Shown here in pieces: positions 13,741-31,690 of a DNA stretch of 64,000 nt (its first letter is position 1; every line of letters starts with the position of its first letter). The notes beneath the pieces were generated by a model. That model ran no database searches. It was not told the origin of the DNA and saw nothing but the letters and a program-made list of their open reading frames with translations. Made by a program: the position numbers and the translations under genes. Source of the DNA: Eledone cirrhosa (lineage: Eukaryota); contig OZ024766.1 of NCBI GenBank assembly GCA_964016885.1, forward strand, positions 15,438,001 through 15,502,000, read 5' to 3'.

Positions 13741-14377
13741 CACACATATATGTACGTATGTATGTATATGTGTATATATGTGTATCAATGAGTGTGTATG
13801 TGTGTATATGTGTACATAGGGTTTTGGTATATATACGTTTGGTGAACATATGTGTATTTACCTGTAGGTATGTGTGAGTGTGCGTTCTATACGCATTTAT
13901 GCGTGTATATTTATATATGTATTTATAATTATATGTATATATACACACACAAACATATATTTATATGTGTATTTGGTGCATATAATCGTATGTGTGCGGG
14001 TATATGTGTTGCGCCGGTTTACGTCCGTGTGCGCCTGTTTATGTGTACGTATATGTATATGCATGCATGCCGTGAGTTTTCGCATATGCTCGTGTATAAA
14101 TGTGTGTATGTATATATTTAATTATTATTACTTTTATGATTTTAATGACATCTGTCATTTTCGTTCAACTAATTTATTTACATTATTCTGGACTCTGAAG
14201 CCGAGCATCATTCAGTTTCCTTAATAGAATATTAGTCTACGACTCCATTTACACCATAAACGTGGTTTTGTCTTTACGTGTAATTGTTGTCACCGCTCCA
14301 CATAACGACGTATTATCTTCTTTTTCCCGTTCATTGCCAGGGAACGTCTTCACGAATCAAAGCATAAATTATTTTTC

Positions 14378-14932
14378 CGAGCTGACGTACCCAGCTTCGC
14401 CCGGGTAAACAGATGATAAAAGAAAAGGTCCCTATTTACTCCCTTCACAACTCTGTATGTTAGACTGACAGACAGGCACACAGACAGATAAACTGCGTGG
14501 CGATTGTGGAACGCCGCACGTATACACACATACACGCACACAAACTTACACACGCACCCGTGCACTTACACACACGCACACACATGTTGATAGTTTTTAC
14601 TTTCTGTGGAACGCTGCACGCACGCACACATACATAAACATACGCGCACGTACATACACACGCACACATGTTAATAGTTATTGCTTTACTCCCCCTCTTA
14701 TTTCCACACACATCACACACACACACGTCTCTACACTGACACATATACATAGTGTATCCAACACAGCGTTCACTTTGCCTCTCTCTCGCCTCTCACTCTC
14801 TCATTGGCATTATACATATTAATTTAAGTTTGGCGTCGTTGAGGTGGGCGGAGTCGTTAGAAACCTATGAACCAATGATAATCGAGAATTATGACACACG
14901 GAATATTGACATTGTTGAAATTAATATATAGA
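14378..14932 (-). mobile_element. Non-autonomous Helitron derivative (~555 bp)
   Basis: 5' end TCTATATATTAAT; body homologous to 20355-20767; 3' hairpin TACCCGG-GCGAAG-CTGGGTA followed by CTCG (altered CTAG). Confidence 0.85.
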
Positions 14933-17900
14933 CTAGCTGACGTACCCAGCTTCGCCCGGGTAAACAGATGATAAGAGAAGACAGGTAAAAGAGAAAATGT
15001 CTGTATTGGATGTTTGTCTGGTTACAGTGTGAGGCGAGTCCGTGTTGTCTGTGTGATACAAAAAAACTGTAAAAGAAATCTTCCAGATATACCAGATTCT
15101 TCGTTGTCCGGTTTGTGCATAGTATATGAACAATTCTAGGTGCTCCCACCTAGAATAGTGACCTCTAGGAGATGGTTCCTCTTCGGCCTGACTGGAAAAC
15201 GTGTATCATTGCATAGACGTGGTTGTTCCACGTTTCTCAAAAGGATGATGGAAGTTCCAATCTGTTATATTATATGTAGATATAGATATAGATAATTAAT
15301 AAAAAAGATGTCCGTCAATGTAAAGAAGGTCCCTATTTACTTGAAATGGTTTATACAAATGCCAAATTAATATGGATATGGATAACCTGCTTATCTATAA
15401 GTGGTCAGCTATAATAATAAACCAACAAATTATATGACACAAACATTTATTCAGTAATTTCCAGGCTCTTAGCCACTGAGTAATAGACAGTCAATATTGC
15501 CCAGAGTTCAACTCGGGGAGGTGGCCTGGTTTGAACTCAAAATGGCGGATCCTTCTACTTCGAAAATAGAATGGTTTTTCAATATTACTCTAGCCCTGGC
15601 CGGCCATAGGCACCAAACTTTTTGCCAGATTCAGCATATGATGAGGTTTTATTACCACTGCAATCAGAAGCGATAAATTTGAAGGCAATTTCTACCAATA
15701 CTTGTTGGTTTTTATTGCTCATTATCGACAATAAATGACATTGAACATAAATGATAACTCTGCCAAAGCTCACAATACAGATGAAAGGAAACCAATGTCC
15801 GAATCATATACGTCGCTTATTGATAGCATTAAAGATATGCATACATCAGCTCAAAGCTTCATTATAGACAATATTTAGGTTTGTTCCTCTGTTAGTGGTA
15901 TCAATTGCAAATTTTATACCATCAGGATCGCACACTCGAGATGCAGCAACATACAGTTGCCCATGGCTGGATCATTCAAGCAGACACCGACTCGCTTGAA
16001 AGTCTGTCCCTGTGCCTTGTTGACAGTCATGGAGAAGGCCAAATTGACGGGAAACTGTCTCCTTTGCCACATAAATGGCAGCAGATCTTCACTTGGTCTC
16101 AGCATGATCCTCGGAATGAGAACCGATTCCTCTCTGCCTGGGAGTTTAGCTTCTAAAACTCTTCTGTTAATCAATCTCTCAACAATCAATCTGGTACCAT
16201 TGCAAAGACCCATTTTATGATTGATATTTCTAAGCAATATAATCGGCAAACCCTTTTTCAACCTCAAAATATGTGGGGGAAATCCGGGTATTTGAAGTGA
16301 ATTCAGATACTCAGTCGGAACATCCATACTGTTCTGCTGATTAGGCTCCATTGCATCCGCACTGACGGTCAACCATTCCTCTCCAGGAAACATTCCGGCT
16401 ACTTGTGAATTTATTTCAGCGACCGTTGCATTCGTATGAGTTAGAATAACACGTTCCGATATTCAGGAGATATTCTGCCAAAAAGCATTCAAATTAGGGA
16501 ACACCCAGTCAATCAAGCCTTGGCGGTCCAGTGGCATGACCAAATGGTCTGGGATTTATACAGTCTGATTATCACCAGCGTGTGGCAATTCATCGTTTCC
16601 CAACTGTATCAACCATCGGCCGTATGTCTCAGCCTCTTCGTTTTGCCCGAACATAGGAAGTCGCATATTATCGTGTAATCGCAAAACTCTGAAATGGCGC
16701 CACAACGGGGACTTTTTCAGACATGCATTGACAATTTGTGCTCTTTGAGCATTCCTAACAATTGGTAGCACCTGTCTGAAATCGCCACCAACAACGATAG
16801 TCTTACCACTGAATGGCAGGTCACTACCGCAGATATCTCTCAAAGTTCTGTCCAATGCCTCCAGCAAATATCTGTGTGCCATTGGAGCCTTGTCCCAAAT
16901 AATCAGAGACGTATTGCGTATAAGGCCCGCGAGTTCACTTTGTCCTGTAATATTACAGAAACTCAACTCATCTGGAGCCAATGGAGCCTTGAAGCATGAG
17001 TGGAAGGTCCTTCCACCACTCAGCAAAGTGGCAGCGATGCCCCTGGTGGGCACAGGGAGAGCAATCTTCCTCTGAGCTCTGACTGCCGATAACATAGTGT
17101 TGAAACAGAATGTCTTTCCGGTGCCTCCTGTAACATCTATGAAAGCACAAAGTTGCTCATTAGTGGAAATCGAGTGGAGAGCGCCATCGACCAATTCTCC
17201 GTGAGATTGGGTCAACATTGGCATACGTTCATCCACAATACGTTGCTGTTCCAGTGGATCAAACTGGAATAGTTCCCTCCGATCGAGTGGCAACCGTCTA
17301 AGCTGCAATCTCATGTTCAATGCTAAGACACGTTGCCGCATTTCTTCATCAGGAATTGGTAAATTGAAATCTGTTAAACATTTCAAATGAACTTCGAGCA
17401 GTTGCTCAATATTGAGCAAAACAATAGCTTTCAGCAAATTTTCATCATAGACCTGAAGATGATGCCTAAAATCATCAGCCATAATTCCCCAATGGCGTTC
17501 AAATAACTCTCTTGGATCGGCAGGATTGCAGAATCCTAGAATAGTGACAAACAACTGCCTTATTCGAGCTGGCATCTGTGTTGTTCCTGCAGCTTCCATG
17601 GCGTTATTCCATTCAGCGTCATCCTGAAGGAGTCCCAGATGCTGACACACAGCCTGGTATCTTTTATATTCCACGCCATTGATTGTTTTCAAATCAGCGA
17701 AGCTCTGTTTACCTCTCGAAAAATCACTATGCAACAGAATTCGGAGATAAAACACATCACCAGATGCTGGATGGACATTACAAACCCGTCCAATAGTCAT
17801 GAATCTCAACTTTTGTTTTCTATCATTCCATTTCTTTCCCTTCTTATCCCACGTATAGTGCGAAGGGAAATCGCAGTAGAGTTGCTTTTGATCCGGGTTC

Positions 17901-20767
17901 AAAGCATGTTCCCTATTATGCTTGAACCACTCAGTCAATTCCGTCTCAGGAGGTGGTGCGTTAGCAATTCTTTCGACACCTCTTCTAGTGTCCTTAAAAC
18001 AGACCATTTGCCTATTCTCTAAGTGAACCGTCAGTTTCTGAACGCTGGGTTTGCATTCATTGAGATCAAAATCGAACAATCTCCAGCAAGCTTCGCTAGA
18101 TCCAATCGAGCGAACATCCTGGAACCTGCCAACTTCATCTCCTTGGTTCACTTCCTCATTCCTGACATTCATCATTGCCCCATCATGACCTTTGTAAACA
18201 TATTTGAATAGATATTTGCAAGCTTTCACTGAGCTACAAATTTCCACATTAATATGACAACGATATTTCATAATCAAATATGGATTGTATGGCACAACCC
18301 ATTGATTTGTAACCTGTCGACCGTTTACATTTTCGACCAAACCGCCATCGGCAGGCGACCGTCTTCTGTATGAGGGATGAGCATCCCCATCATTCCAGGA
18401 AGTGTTCGTGACAAAAGATTTCGGAAAGTGCTTACTGCATTGGCCATTTTTCATGCAAGGCGCTTTCCAATTTGCCACTCCGCATTGGTTGTGCACCATT
18501 GACTTTGCCACCAAGTTGCATAGTGCCTCATTCTCCGGCAGTTCAGCACACACAATGCTGTCGACATCCTCAGCACATCTCAATTTGCAATGTCTATGTA
18601 AAATGATCAGCAAATGTGCATGTGGCAATCCTCTTTTTTGGAATTCAATTACGTATGTAAAAGCAACTATACCTCCAAAGATTCCCTCTTTTTCCACATC
18701 ATCCATTATCTTTTTCAGATATCCTTTGAATACTCTTGCCACAATATCAGGACGGTCCTTTGGCTGTTGTCCTGGCAAAAGTGCATCCTTAATATCAGTC
18801 CATTCAGGATTGCATGTAACCGTTATAAACAAATCTGGCTTTCCAAACTTTCTGACAATAGCCATTGCATCCTGATAGCGAATGTTCATATATCTCGGGC
18901 TGCCGATGAACGACGATGGCAAAATGATGCGTCGACCAATTTGCTTGTAATTGGCATCATCGGCTGTTATCGCATCCTGTATATTATTATACAATTCAGC
19001 TCTGATATGTTGCTGATGTGTAGCTATATAATTTAGCCTTTGATTTTCGATCTTTGCGTATGCCATACAACAGTATTCCTGGAACAATCTGCTGGCTTGA
19101 AATAGCGCATTTCTCTGTTGATTCCTCTCGTTCAAATGGAACGCGTAAAAGTCGCAAATCGAATTATTGTGTCTATTGCCACCTCCCTGTTGATGCTGAT
19201 TCTCATGATCATCTAAATGAACAGACATGTTCCATCCATTTTCACCTTTTGGGAATAAAAGAACATGATGCAATGGATGGTATGTCCTATTTGACTCATT
19301 GATAGTTTTGAGACCACCATCTCTGCGATTGAGGGTGATATCTCTCGATCCAGGCTTATCGTCCATCAACACAGCAACTTCACGAAATCCTTCAGGGGCA
19401 TTATATCGCCGTTCGTGTTGATTCCTTGGCACTGCGTCAGCCTTAATCACCAATGTTTGTTGCTGAACATTTTGCAGTTCAGCCACCAACATGAAATCCA
19501 TAACATAAGGATTACACTGTCTAAGCCATGATTGCAAATCACGGATCAAATCACTTAACCTTTGCCGTTCAAGTTCAGTTATATTTCCCGGCAACTTCAT
19601 CCAACCGATCCTGATATCCTCCTCCGATTCACTATAATTTGGATCGTTAATGTAAATTTGAGCGAATCAAGGCCTCTCTCCTGGGGTAACTTCTAAATTA
19701 CCGATACAATGATACAAACGGCATTGAATGACAACATTCGGTTGCCATGCTCCACTCTCAAACATCTCACTAACTCTCTGCGATGCTAAAGCTAATAAAT
19801 TGTTAATTTGCCGCGAATATTTGCGCAGTAATCTACCTCGGTCTCATTGATCACCCCACATACTTAGTATTTTAAACTCCGGTGACTCCCCATCATCCGG
19901 CATTCGCAAAGGTTCTAGTTGAACTGCTCCTTTGTGACAGCACATTGTGGTCCACGTCTTTTCGTGCCACCAAAGCAATGCTCCACAATGTGGAGACCCT
20001 GCTCGTCCACCAATCTGACAGTGACACGGTTGCCATGATCCATTTTTAATATCATTCGTTCGCCTCTTTACTGGAATGAGGAGCACTTTGCGACACATTC
20101 CCTGAACTTCTGTATTGCGCTGGCGCTGTTCAGCCAGCTCCTCTTCATCCATCGGAGCACGCCATTGCTGCTGAATTCTGGCCACCTGCTGATGATGCTC
20201 AGCCAGTTCGTTTTTCAACCATCGCAGCACTCCGTCGCCGCTGTAGTTCACTGTTTGATAAAGTCGAATTGCTTTTCTTATCAGTATTCATTTGGAGCAA
20301 TTGTAAAAAAAAATGACACAATAATAAATATAAAAGATGTCCGTCAATGTAAAGAAAGGTCCCTATTTACTCCCTTCACAACTCTGTGTATGACAGACAG
20401 GCACACAGACAGATAAACTGCGCGGCGATTGTGGAACGTCACACAAATACACGCATGGAAACGCGCACACGCACGCAAACTTACACACGCACACACTCAC
20501 ACATGTTGATAGTTTTTACTTTCTGTGGAACACTGCACGCACGCACACACACATAAACATATGCGCACATACATACACACGCATACATGTTAATAGTTAT
20601 TGAACACAGCGTTCACACTCTCCCCTCTCACTCCCTCATCGGCATTATGCATATTAATTTCAGTTTGGCGTCGTTGGGGTGGGCGGAGTCGTTTGAAACC
20701 TATGAACCAATGATAATCGAGAATTGTGACACATGGAATACTGACGTTCTTCAAATTAATATATAGA
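14933..20767 (-). mobile_element. Full-length Helitron (5.8 kb)
   Basis: Minus strand starts A|TCTATATATT at 20767 and ends with hairpin TACCCGG/CTGGGTA plus CTAG|T at 14933; encodes RepHel. Confidence 0.92.
15914..20251 (-). pseudogene. Helitron RepHel (HUH Rep + Pif1-like helicase), split by stops and frameshifts
   Basis: ORF 16556-19600 has EFQKRGLPHAH (HUH), YLFKYVYKGHD (Y2), GGTGKTF, WDKAPM (DE changed to DK) and GDFRQVLP. ORF 15914-16393 has QFPVNLAFSMTVNKAQGQT. ORF 19844-20251 has an N-terminal Cys/His motif. Confidence 0.92.
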
Positions 20768-21560
20768 TATATATATCATCATCATCATCATCATTTTACG
20801 TCCGCTTTTCTCTGCTTGCAAGCCATGTGCCTCTTCCTATATATACATATATACTATATACATATACACACATATACATATATATATGTATGTATATATA
20901 TATATGTATATATATATACGTACTTAATACATGCATACATTTATTTTTTTTAAATTAATTGAGTTCTTAACACGCAGGATTAAAATTGTTTTTAAAAAAA
21001 CTAATTAACCCACGTGTATATTATTTTACTTTCTTGTGTTTCGCGATTGCCTCCCTTTTCCGCTTCGTGACGCTGTGAAATTCCTCAGTCTAGGACTGCT
21101 GGAATTTCAAATTTGGCGGTCATTATGATGCGTGAAGGGACGACTTAGCTGACACAAAAATAACTGCGGTAAGAAATTTTTTCTTATATCAATGTTTGAA
21201 GGGCATCCACTGATGATTTATAAGTGCCCACCTGCATATGTTCTTACAGAAAAATATGTAGGCTTCTACATAAACAAGAAACATTCTCCCAACTTGTAGA
21301 AAACTTATAATGAAACAATTGTTTGGAAAGAGAGATATATTTTAATTTTAATTATATCTCATATAAAATAATACAACTGGCTTTCCACAAAATACATATA
21401 GTTAGCACCCCAAACACAAAATTGGGATTATACTAAGGTATATCCTAATGTTTGTTGAGTGAGATGGTAGCCAGTCAGAGTTTAGCTTAAAGCTTTCTCT
21501 GTTATTGTATTAAATATATGTATATATATATATATATATATATGTATCTATATATATATA

Positions 21561-24180
21561 TCACCTTGACCGACCAGTCTGTCGGGCGTCCATTCGACGC
21601 CGCTGGTCACAGCACGCCGTCCATTCCTCTCTGGATTGTGCTTTCCTCATCCATGTAGTCCCAATCATATTCCTAAAATGATCTGCCACCTTCATGGAGG
21701 CCTTCCGAGTGGTCGCTTCCACTCGCACAGGTACCACTCCGCAACTGCGCAGGTCCAGCGATTATCGGTGAACCGGGCGACGTGTCCAGCCCATCTGAAC
21801 TTGCTGCGTATATATTGCGTGATGACGTCCCTCACACCGGACTTCTGTCTGATGAATTTCGCTCCTGATGTGCTCTCTCAACGAGATTCCTGGCATTGAT
21901 CTCTCCATGGCTCTTTGAGCCGTTACCAGCCTCTGCTCTTCTCTCTTCGTTGTAGCCCAAGTTTCACTGCCATATAACTTTGTAGGTAAAACTGTGCTAT
22001 TGAAGAAGTTGGCTTGGGCGATCTTGTCTAACCTCCCCTTGAGCACATCCCTTATGCCGCTGAACGCCTTCCATCCGGCCTTTACTCTCTGCGAGATCAG
22101 CCTCTCAATGTCTCAGCGCATGTTCACTTCTTGTCCTAGGTAGACGTATTCCTCCACCTCCTCTATTTCGAAGGCCTTCTTGTAGTCTACGAACGCGACG
22201 CAAAGAGGCATCTTGTACTCTTTTGCTTGCTCAAGCAGTTGTGTCAGAGTAAATATGTGGTCCATCGTGCTGTAGTTCTTCTGGAAGCCGGCTTGCTCTT
22301 TCGGTTGCGGTTCGTCCAGATGATGTGATAACCTGTTCAGGATTATCTTCGTGAACAGCTTGTACACGTGAGACAGCAGGAATATGGGTCAGTAGTTCTT
22401 CAGATCTTCTCTATCGCCCTTCTTTTATAGCAGGATGGTATTCGACTCTTTCCACTGCGAGGGTATTCTTCCCTCGTCCAGATCGTGTGTGAATCGCTCG
22501 GCGAGGATTTCCAGAGCTGCTCTCCGCCTGACTTCAACACCTCCGATGTTATTCCGTCTTTCCCTGGCGCCTTTCCGCTTTTCATTACACCGACGGCTCT
22601 TTCGACCTCACCGACAAGGATGGGTGGCACATTTTCTTCCTGTTGGAGTGACGGCAACGGCTGCACATTCCCGGCAGACTTGAAGAGCTTGGTGTAGAAG
22701 TCTTCGTAAATCTTTTCCATCTCATTCTTGTCGCTGACCGGTACTCCAGCTGTGTTCTTCAGGGTCGTCACCTTCGATCTGTACATTGCCATGTCCGTCT
22801 CGCATTTCTTGAGGCTCTTCTTTTCCTCTGCGGCCTTCAGGAGCTTCCCCATCCGGTATGCCTCGAAGTCTCTCTTCAGTTGACGTATCACTCTGCTGAG
22901 AAGGGAATATTCGAGGTGATTTTCAGGTGTCCTCTTCATAATCTTCCTCTTCTCAAGCAACTTCATAGTTTCCTCCCAGACTCTTCCCTTCCGCTCCTTC
23001 GGGAACACACCCTTAGCCTTCCTCAAGCACTCCTTCAGTTTCCTTACCAGTGAGTCGTAGTCAGCGTCTATGCCGTCTCCTTTACACCACTTTTCCTGCA
23101 TGATGGCTTCCTGCTGCTGCGCCTCGTTGAAGACCCAGACGCATTCTCCCTTTGCCGCCAAATGCAGCGCCTTCTTCTCCCTCGTCCGATCGATGACGAC
23201 CTTCGCCCTCACCAGACGATGATCACTGCCAGTGTTAAATGGCGTTATGACGGAGACGTCCTGCAGTATACGTGGCTTGTCGACCAGGATGTAGTCGATC
23301 TCGTTTCCGTGCTCAGAATTTAGCGATACCCAGGTCCATCTTTTCTCCTCCTTCTTCCTGAATAGGCTGTTTCCGATGTAGAGCCGTCTCATCTCCGCCA
23401 TGGTGACCAGACACTCTCCTCTTTCATTTCGATATCCCAGGCCGAATTTTCCTACATACTCTTCCCCTTGCCGTCCCTGTCCGACCTTTGCGTTGAAGTC
23501 TCACATCACGACGGTGTAAGTGGACTTCACAGTTAGCACTTTGTCTAGCTGGCGATAGAATTCTTCCACTTCCTCGTCGTCGCTGGCATTTGTGGGAGCG
23601 TAGGTCTGGATGATCTTGAGGGTGGCCTTCCCTGAGAGGTTTACGTTCAGTACACCAATCCGTGACGATATGAACTGGCAAGAAGCGACCTTCGAAGCCC
23701 ATTCCTTGCTTACGATAAACCCTATACCAATCTGGCATCCTCTGCTTTCCCGAGTCTCACGGCGCATCCATCTTGCCATCGGGAATTCTCCTCCTTCTTC
23801 TGGCGGGTCTCGCACAGCCCTAACACGTCCCACCTGATCTTCTTCTTCTCCTCCATTAGGTGGTTCAGTCCTTGCCCCCCCCCCCCCCTGCCAAAGACCT
23901 GGAGTTGTATGTGCATATGGCAAGGTTAGTCCTGTTCCATGGCGGCCTTCGGGAACCTGTGATTTTTAGCAGCCTCTCGTCGCTCGGGTCGCACTCCGCC
24001 GTCATGGAGCAGCCCGATTGACTCGCAGGGTACTGAGGCCCTTTTCTTCGTGCTGTTTTAACCATAAGATGACGCCATCCCATTGGCTGGGCGGGCAGGC
24101 CGGTACCTCTTCAGTTTAGCTAGCTTTTGAACTCTAGAAGATGATGAATCATCTCTAGGACCCAATTCGGGTCAAACAAA
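21561..24180 (-). mobile_element. RTE-clade LINE, degenerate with an internal RT deletion
   Basis: AP-endonuclease remnants (IIQTYAPT, EIDYIL, SDHRLV) and RT remnants (KAPGKDGI, EQAGF, FVDYKKAF joined directly to EVEEYVYLG, LYGSETW). Confidence 0.88.
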
Positions 24181-24187
24181 TAAAAAA

Positions 24188-24220
<33 letters not shown>

Positions 24221-24223
24221 CAT

Positions 24224-24360
24224 ATACTTGGGGAGGTTCATATTGTTGTAATAATGTTGCCAGAAATAATAACAGAACACACTCACTGTTTGGTTGGTTT
24301 TCGCTTCTGTATCTTTTATATCTCCATAGTTAATTTATTTGGCAATCAAAGAACTTTGTT

Positions 24361-24435
<75 letters not shown>

Positions 24436-24582
24436 CTGTATATTTAACCATTGGTCAATCAATGCCAAATAAATTAACTATGGAGATATAAAAGATACAG
24501 GAGCGAAAACCAACCAAACAGTGAGTGTGTTCTGTTATTATTTCTGGCAACATTATTACAACAATATGACCCACTCCAAGTA
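24224..24582. repeat. Fold-back element: ~120-bp inverted arms around a (TA)n spacer
   Basis: 24224-24343 is the reverse complement of about 24463-24582 with few mismatches. Confidence 0.85.
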
Positions 24583-24583
24583 T

Positions 24584-29160
<4,577 letters not shown>

Positions 29161-29352
29161 GAGGGTGTTAAAGTTTGCTTGAAGCATTGTGAAATGTGTA
29201 AAATACGTATTTAAGAAAGCCACAACAATGCAGAGGGAAATCTCGAGGTAGGAAGTGAAAGATAAATAGGAAAAACAGGTGAAAGTGAAAATTGAGAGAG
29301 ACAAAGATGAAAACAAAACAAAGGTAGAAGGGTTACCGTAGTAGAGATTTAA

Positions 29353-29388
29353 TCCCAATATTTCGGACTCACGCCCATCAACGGGGGA
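29353..29388 (-). ncRNA. Variant-core hammerhead-like motif in the Penelope pseudo-LTR
   Basis: Minus strand TCCC-CCGTTGA-T-GGGC(GTGA)GTCC-GAAA-TA-TT-GGGA; two mismatches to CUGANGA; positionally homologous to the canonical-core motif at 329-364. Confidence 0.5.
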
Positions 29389-30040
29389 AAGTTCCAAAAG
29401 GGGGGGGGGGGGGAACAGGCCAAGCGGAGAAAGTTGTGATGTCGTTAAGTCAGGAATGCCGTTATGGGGAGAAAATTATTTAAAATTTAAACGAGGGAAA
29501 GAATGCGCGTGCGCGTGATAGGCTGTGGCAAAAGCTACTGACCAAATGGGTTAAATCAAGAGGGTGCGCTAGCGTGTGAAAGCCGTAAGATATGTGTGTG
29601 TAAATATATATGTGTGTGTAACTGTGTGTGTATAAGTGTAAGTGTGTATATGTGTGAGTGTGTGTGTGTGTGAAAGATAGTGGGCTGTAGAAGTTGGAAA
29701 TCAAAGGGTGTGAAAGGTGGTAGGTTGTAAAATATGTGTGCGTGTATAAATATAGATGTGTGTGTGTAAGCGTATGGGTATACATGTGTGTGTAACTGTG
29801 TGTGTATATGTGTGAGTGCGTTTGTGTGTGAAAGATAGTGGGCTGTAGAAGCTGGAAATCAAAGGGTGTGAAAGGTGGTAGGTTGTAAAAACATGTGTGC
29901 GTGTATAAATATAGATGTGTGTGTGTGTGCGTATGGGTATGCATATACGTGCGTGTGTGTGAAGATAGCAGGCCGTAGGCTGTGAATGGTCACTATGGTT
30001 AAGTTAGCCATGTCAGCTCATTTCTCTCAGCCCGGTTGAA

Positions 30041-31690
30041 TTCTGTGTCAGCTCGAGAGAGACCTACAACAACTTAGCTCTCCAACATCTTAATGACCAC
30101 AGCCTCTACTCGAAAGTCACAGGGACCTCCTCGACTCTAATCGAGGAAGGCATTAACACCATATGGACTAACATCTGTGTCCAACGAAAACTGCCAAAGA
30201 AGGTAAAAAACAACTTAATGACTCTAAACAGCAAATTACCCACCTTCTACCACCTGGTCAAAACACATAAACAAGGACCCGATTTGAAAATCAGGCCCAT
30301 TGTCTCTAGCGTGGAGGGCCCACTCTACAAAATATCGTGGCTGCTCTCCACACTACTGAAACCTATTCTACACACACTACCAGCCCACGTCTGCAGCTCA
30401 AAGGAAGTCTTGGAGCGACTACACCATCTGGCGCCCAACACCAGAAAGGACAACGGTTATGCCTTCAGTCTTGATGTGGTCGCCCTTTATACCTCCGTAC
30501 CAGCACCCCCAGCTGTCGACCTGTTGACCGAACGAGTCCGAGCATCTAACTTACACTGCTTCGGACTCACACACACGGACATCCACCAACTCCTCTCTTT
30601 CGTTGTGGATAATGCACTCTTCAATTTCCTCGGCCACACGTACAAACAAATCTCTGGGCTACCTATGGGCTCTAGTCTGTCCGGCATACTTGCGATCTCG
30701 TACATGGACCACCTGGAACGCAAGGCACTCAATACCTGCCAACCCAACGCCGTCGCCTTCTACTCCAGATACGTTGAGGATATCCTGATACTTACTTCTT
30801 CCCGGGAGATGGCGAATGAAATTCACCAAATCTTCAACGATACTGACCATCACATCGATTTCACCATCGAACACCCAGGAGAAGACGGGTCACTCGCCCT
30901 CCTCGACTTCCGTATCAACATCTCGGAAGAAGGAGACATAAACACCACCTTCTACCGCAAGGCAGCGTGCAAGGACTTATTTGTGCATTATAACTCAGCC
31001 CTCCCCAACAACGCTAAGAGAGGCTATGTCCTAAATGAACTGACATGGATCACTAATAGATGCAGCGACCCGATGGGTGGTCTCACCCATACCACGCAAT
31101 TCCGTAATCTACTCAGATCTAATGGTTATCCCAAGCGACTGATTAACGGAATTAGAGACCCCAGACCCAATAGACAGACACCCACTAGAAAACTTAATAA
31201 TAGCAGGTGCTTCTTTAAAATCCCCCACCTGAGTGAATATACCACGAACGCCATCCGCAGGGCCATACGGACGGAGGGACTTGACATACATTTGGCCCAC
31301 ACAGGACCTTCGCTGCGAAGATGCCTCTCCAACAAACCCGACGAGTCAGATGGGACGTGTTCCCTCAGCAACTGCCCGATACGGGGGGCAGATTGCCTAT
31401 GCACCTATGTCGTATATAAGATTCAATGCGATAAATGTAACAAGTTTTACATAGGTAGCACCATCCGACCCCTACATGTTTGTATCAAGGAACATATCAA
31501 CACCAACGCATCTTCCTTCCGTAAACACATCCTTAAATGCGGAAACCCACAGGGTAGACCCTTGGTCACAGTCCTAGCGACTGAACGCAGCATCGGATCC
31601 TTAAGGATAAAGGAAGCACTTGTTATTAAGAACCTCAGACCCCCACTTAACAACCGGGCTGAGAGAAATGAGCTGACATGGCTAACTTAA
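30041..31690 (+). CDS. Penelope-like RT + GIY-YIG endonuclease, 5'-truncated, catalytic YVDD reads YVED
   Basis: PTFYHLVKTHK, RPIVS, SLDVVALYTSVP, GLPMGSSLS, RYVED, NGYP, Cys linker CSLSNCPI..C, VVYKIQCDKCNKFYIGST...EH. Frame is open from 30041; first Met at 30218. Confidence 0.9.
   Translation, partial: FCVSSRETYNNLALQHLNDHSLYSKVTGTSSTLIEEGINTIWTNICVQRKLPKKVKNNLMTLNSKLPTFYHLVKTHKQGPDLKIRPIVSSVEGPLYKISWLLSTLLKPILHTLPAHVCSSKEVLERLHHLAPNTRKDNGYAFSLDVVALYTSVPAPPAVDLLTERVRASNLHCFGLTHTDIHQLLSFVVDNALFNFLGHTYKQISGLPMGSSLSGILAISYMDHLERKALNTCQPNAVAFYSRYVEDILILTSSREMANEIHQIFNDTDHHIDFTIEHPGEDGSLALLDFRINISEEGDINTTFYRKAACKDLFVHYNSALPNNAKRGYVLNELTWITNRCSDPMGGLTHTTQFRNLLRSNGYPKRLINGIRDPRPNRQTPTRKLNNSRCFFKIPHLSEYTTNAIRRAIRTEGLDIHLAHTGPSLRRCLSNKPDESDGTCSLSNCPIRGADCLCTYVVYKIQCDKCNKFYIGSTIRPLHVCIKEHINTNASSFRKHILKCGNPQGRPLVTVLATERSIGSLRIKEALVIKNLRPPLNNRAERNELTWLT

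Noticed and set aside
15538-15548. YY1-like AAAATGGCGG inside the Helitron as a captured host promoter
   Set aside because: A single short motif with no other support.
17639-19302. Plus-strand ORFs overlapping the Helitron, and antisense ORFs over the LINEs
   Set aside because: Antisense shadows of transposon coding regions.
21040-21175. CpG-containing stretch ending in a donor-like CG|GTAAGA, as a possible first exon on the plus strand
   Set aside because: No downstream plus-strand exons identified; cannot be supported without transcript data.
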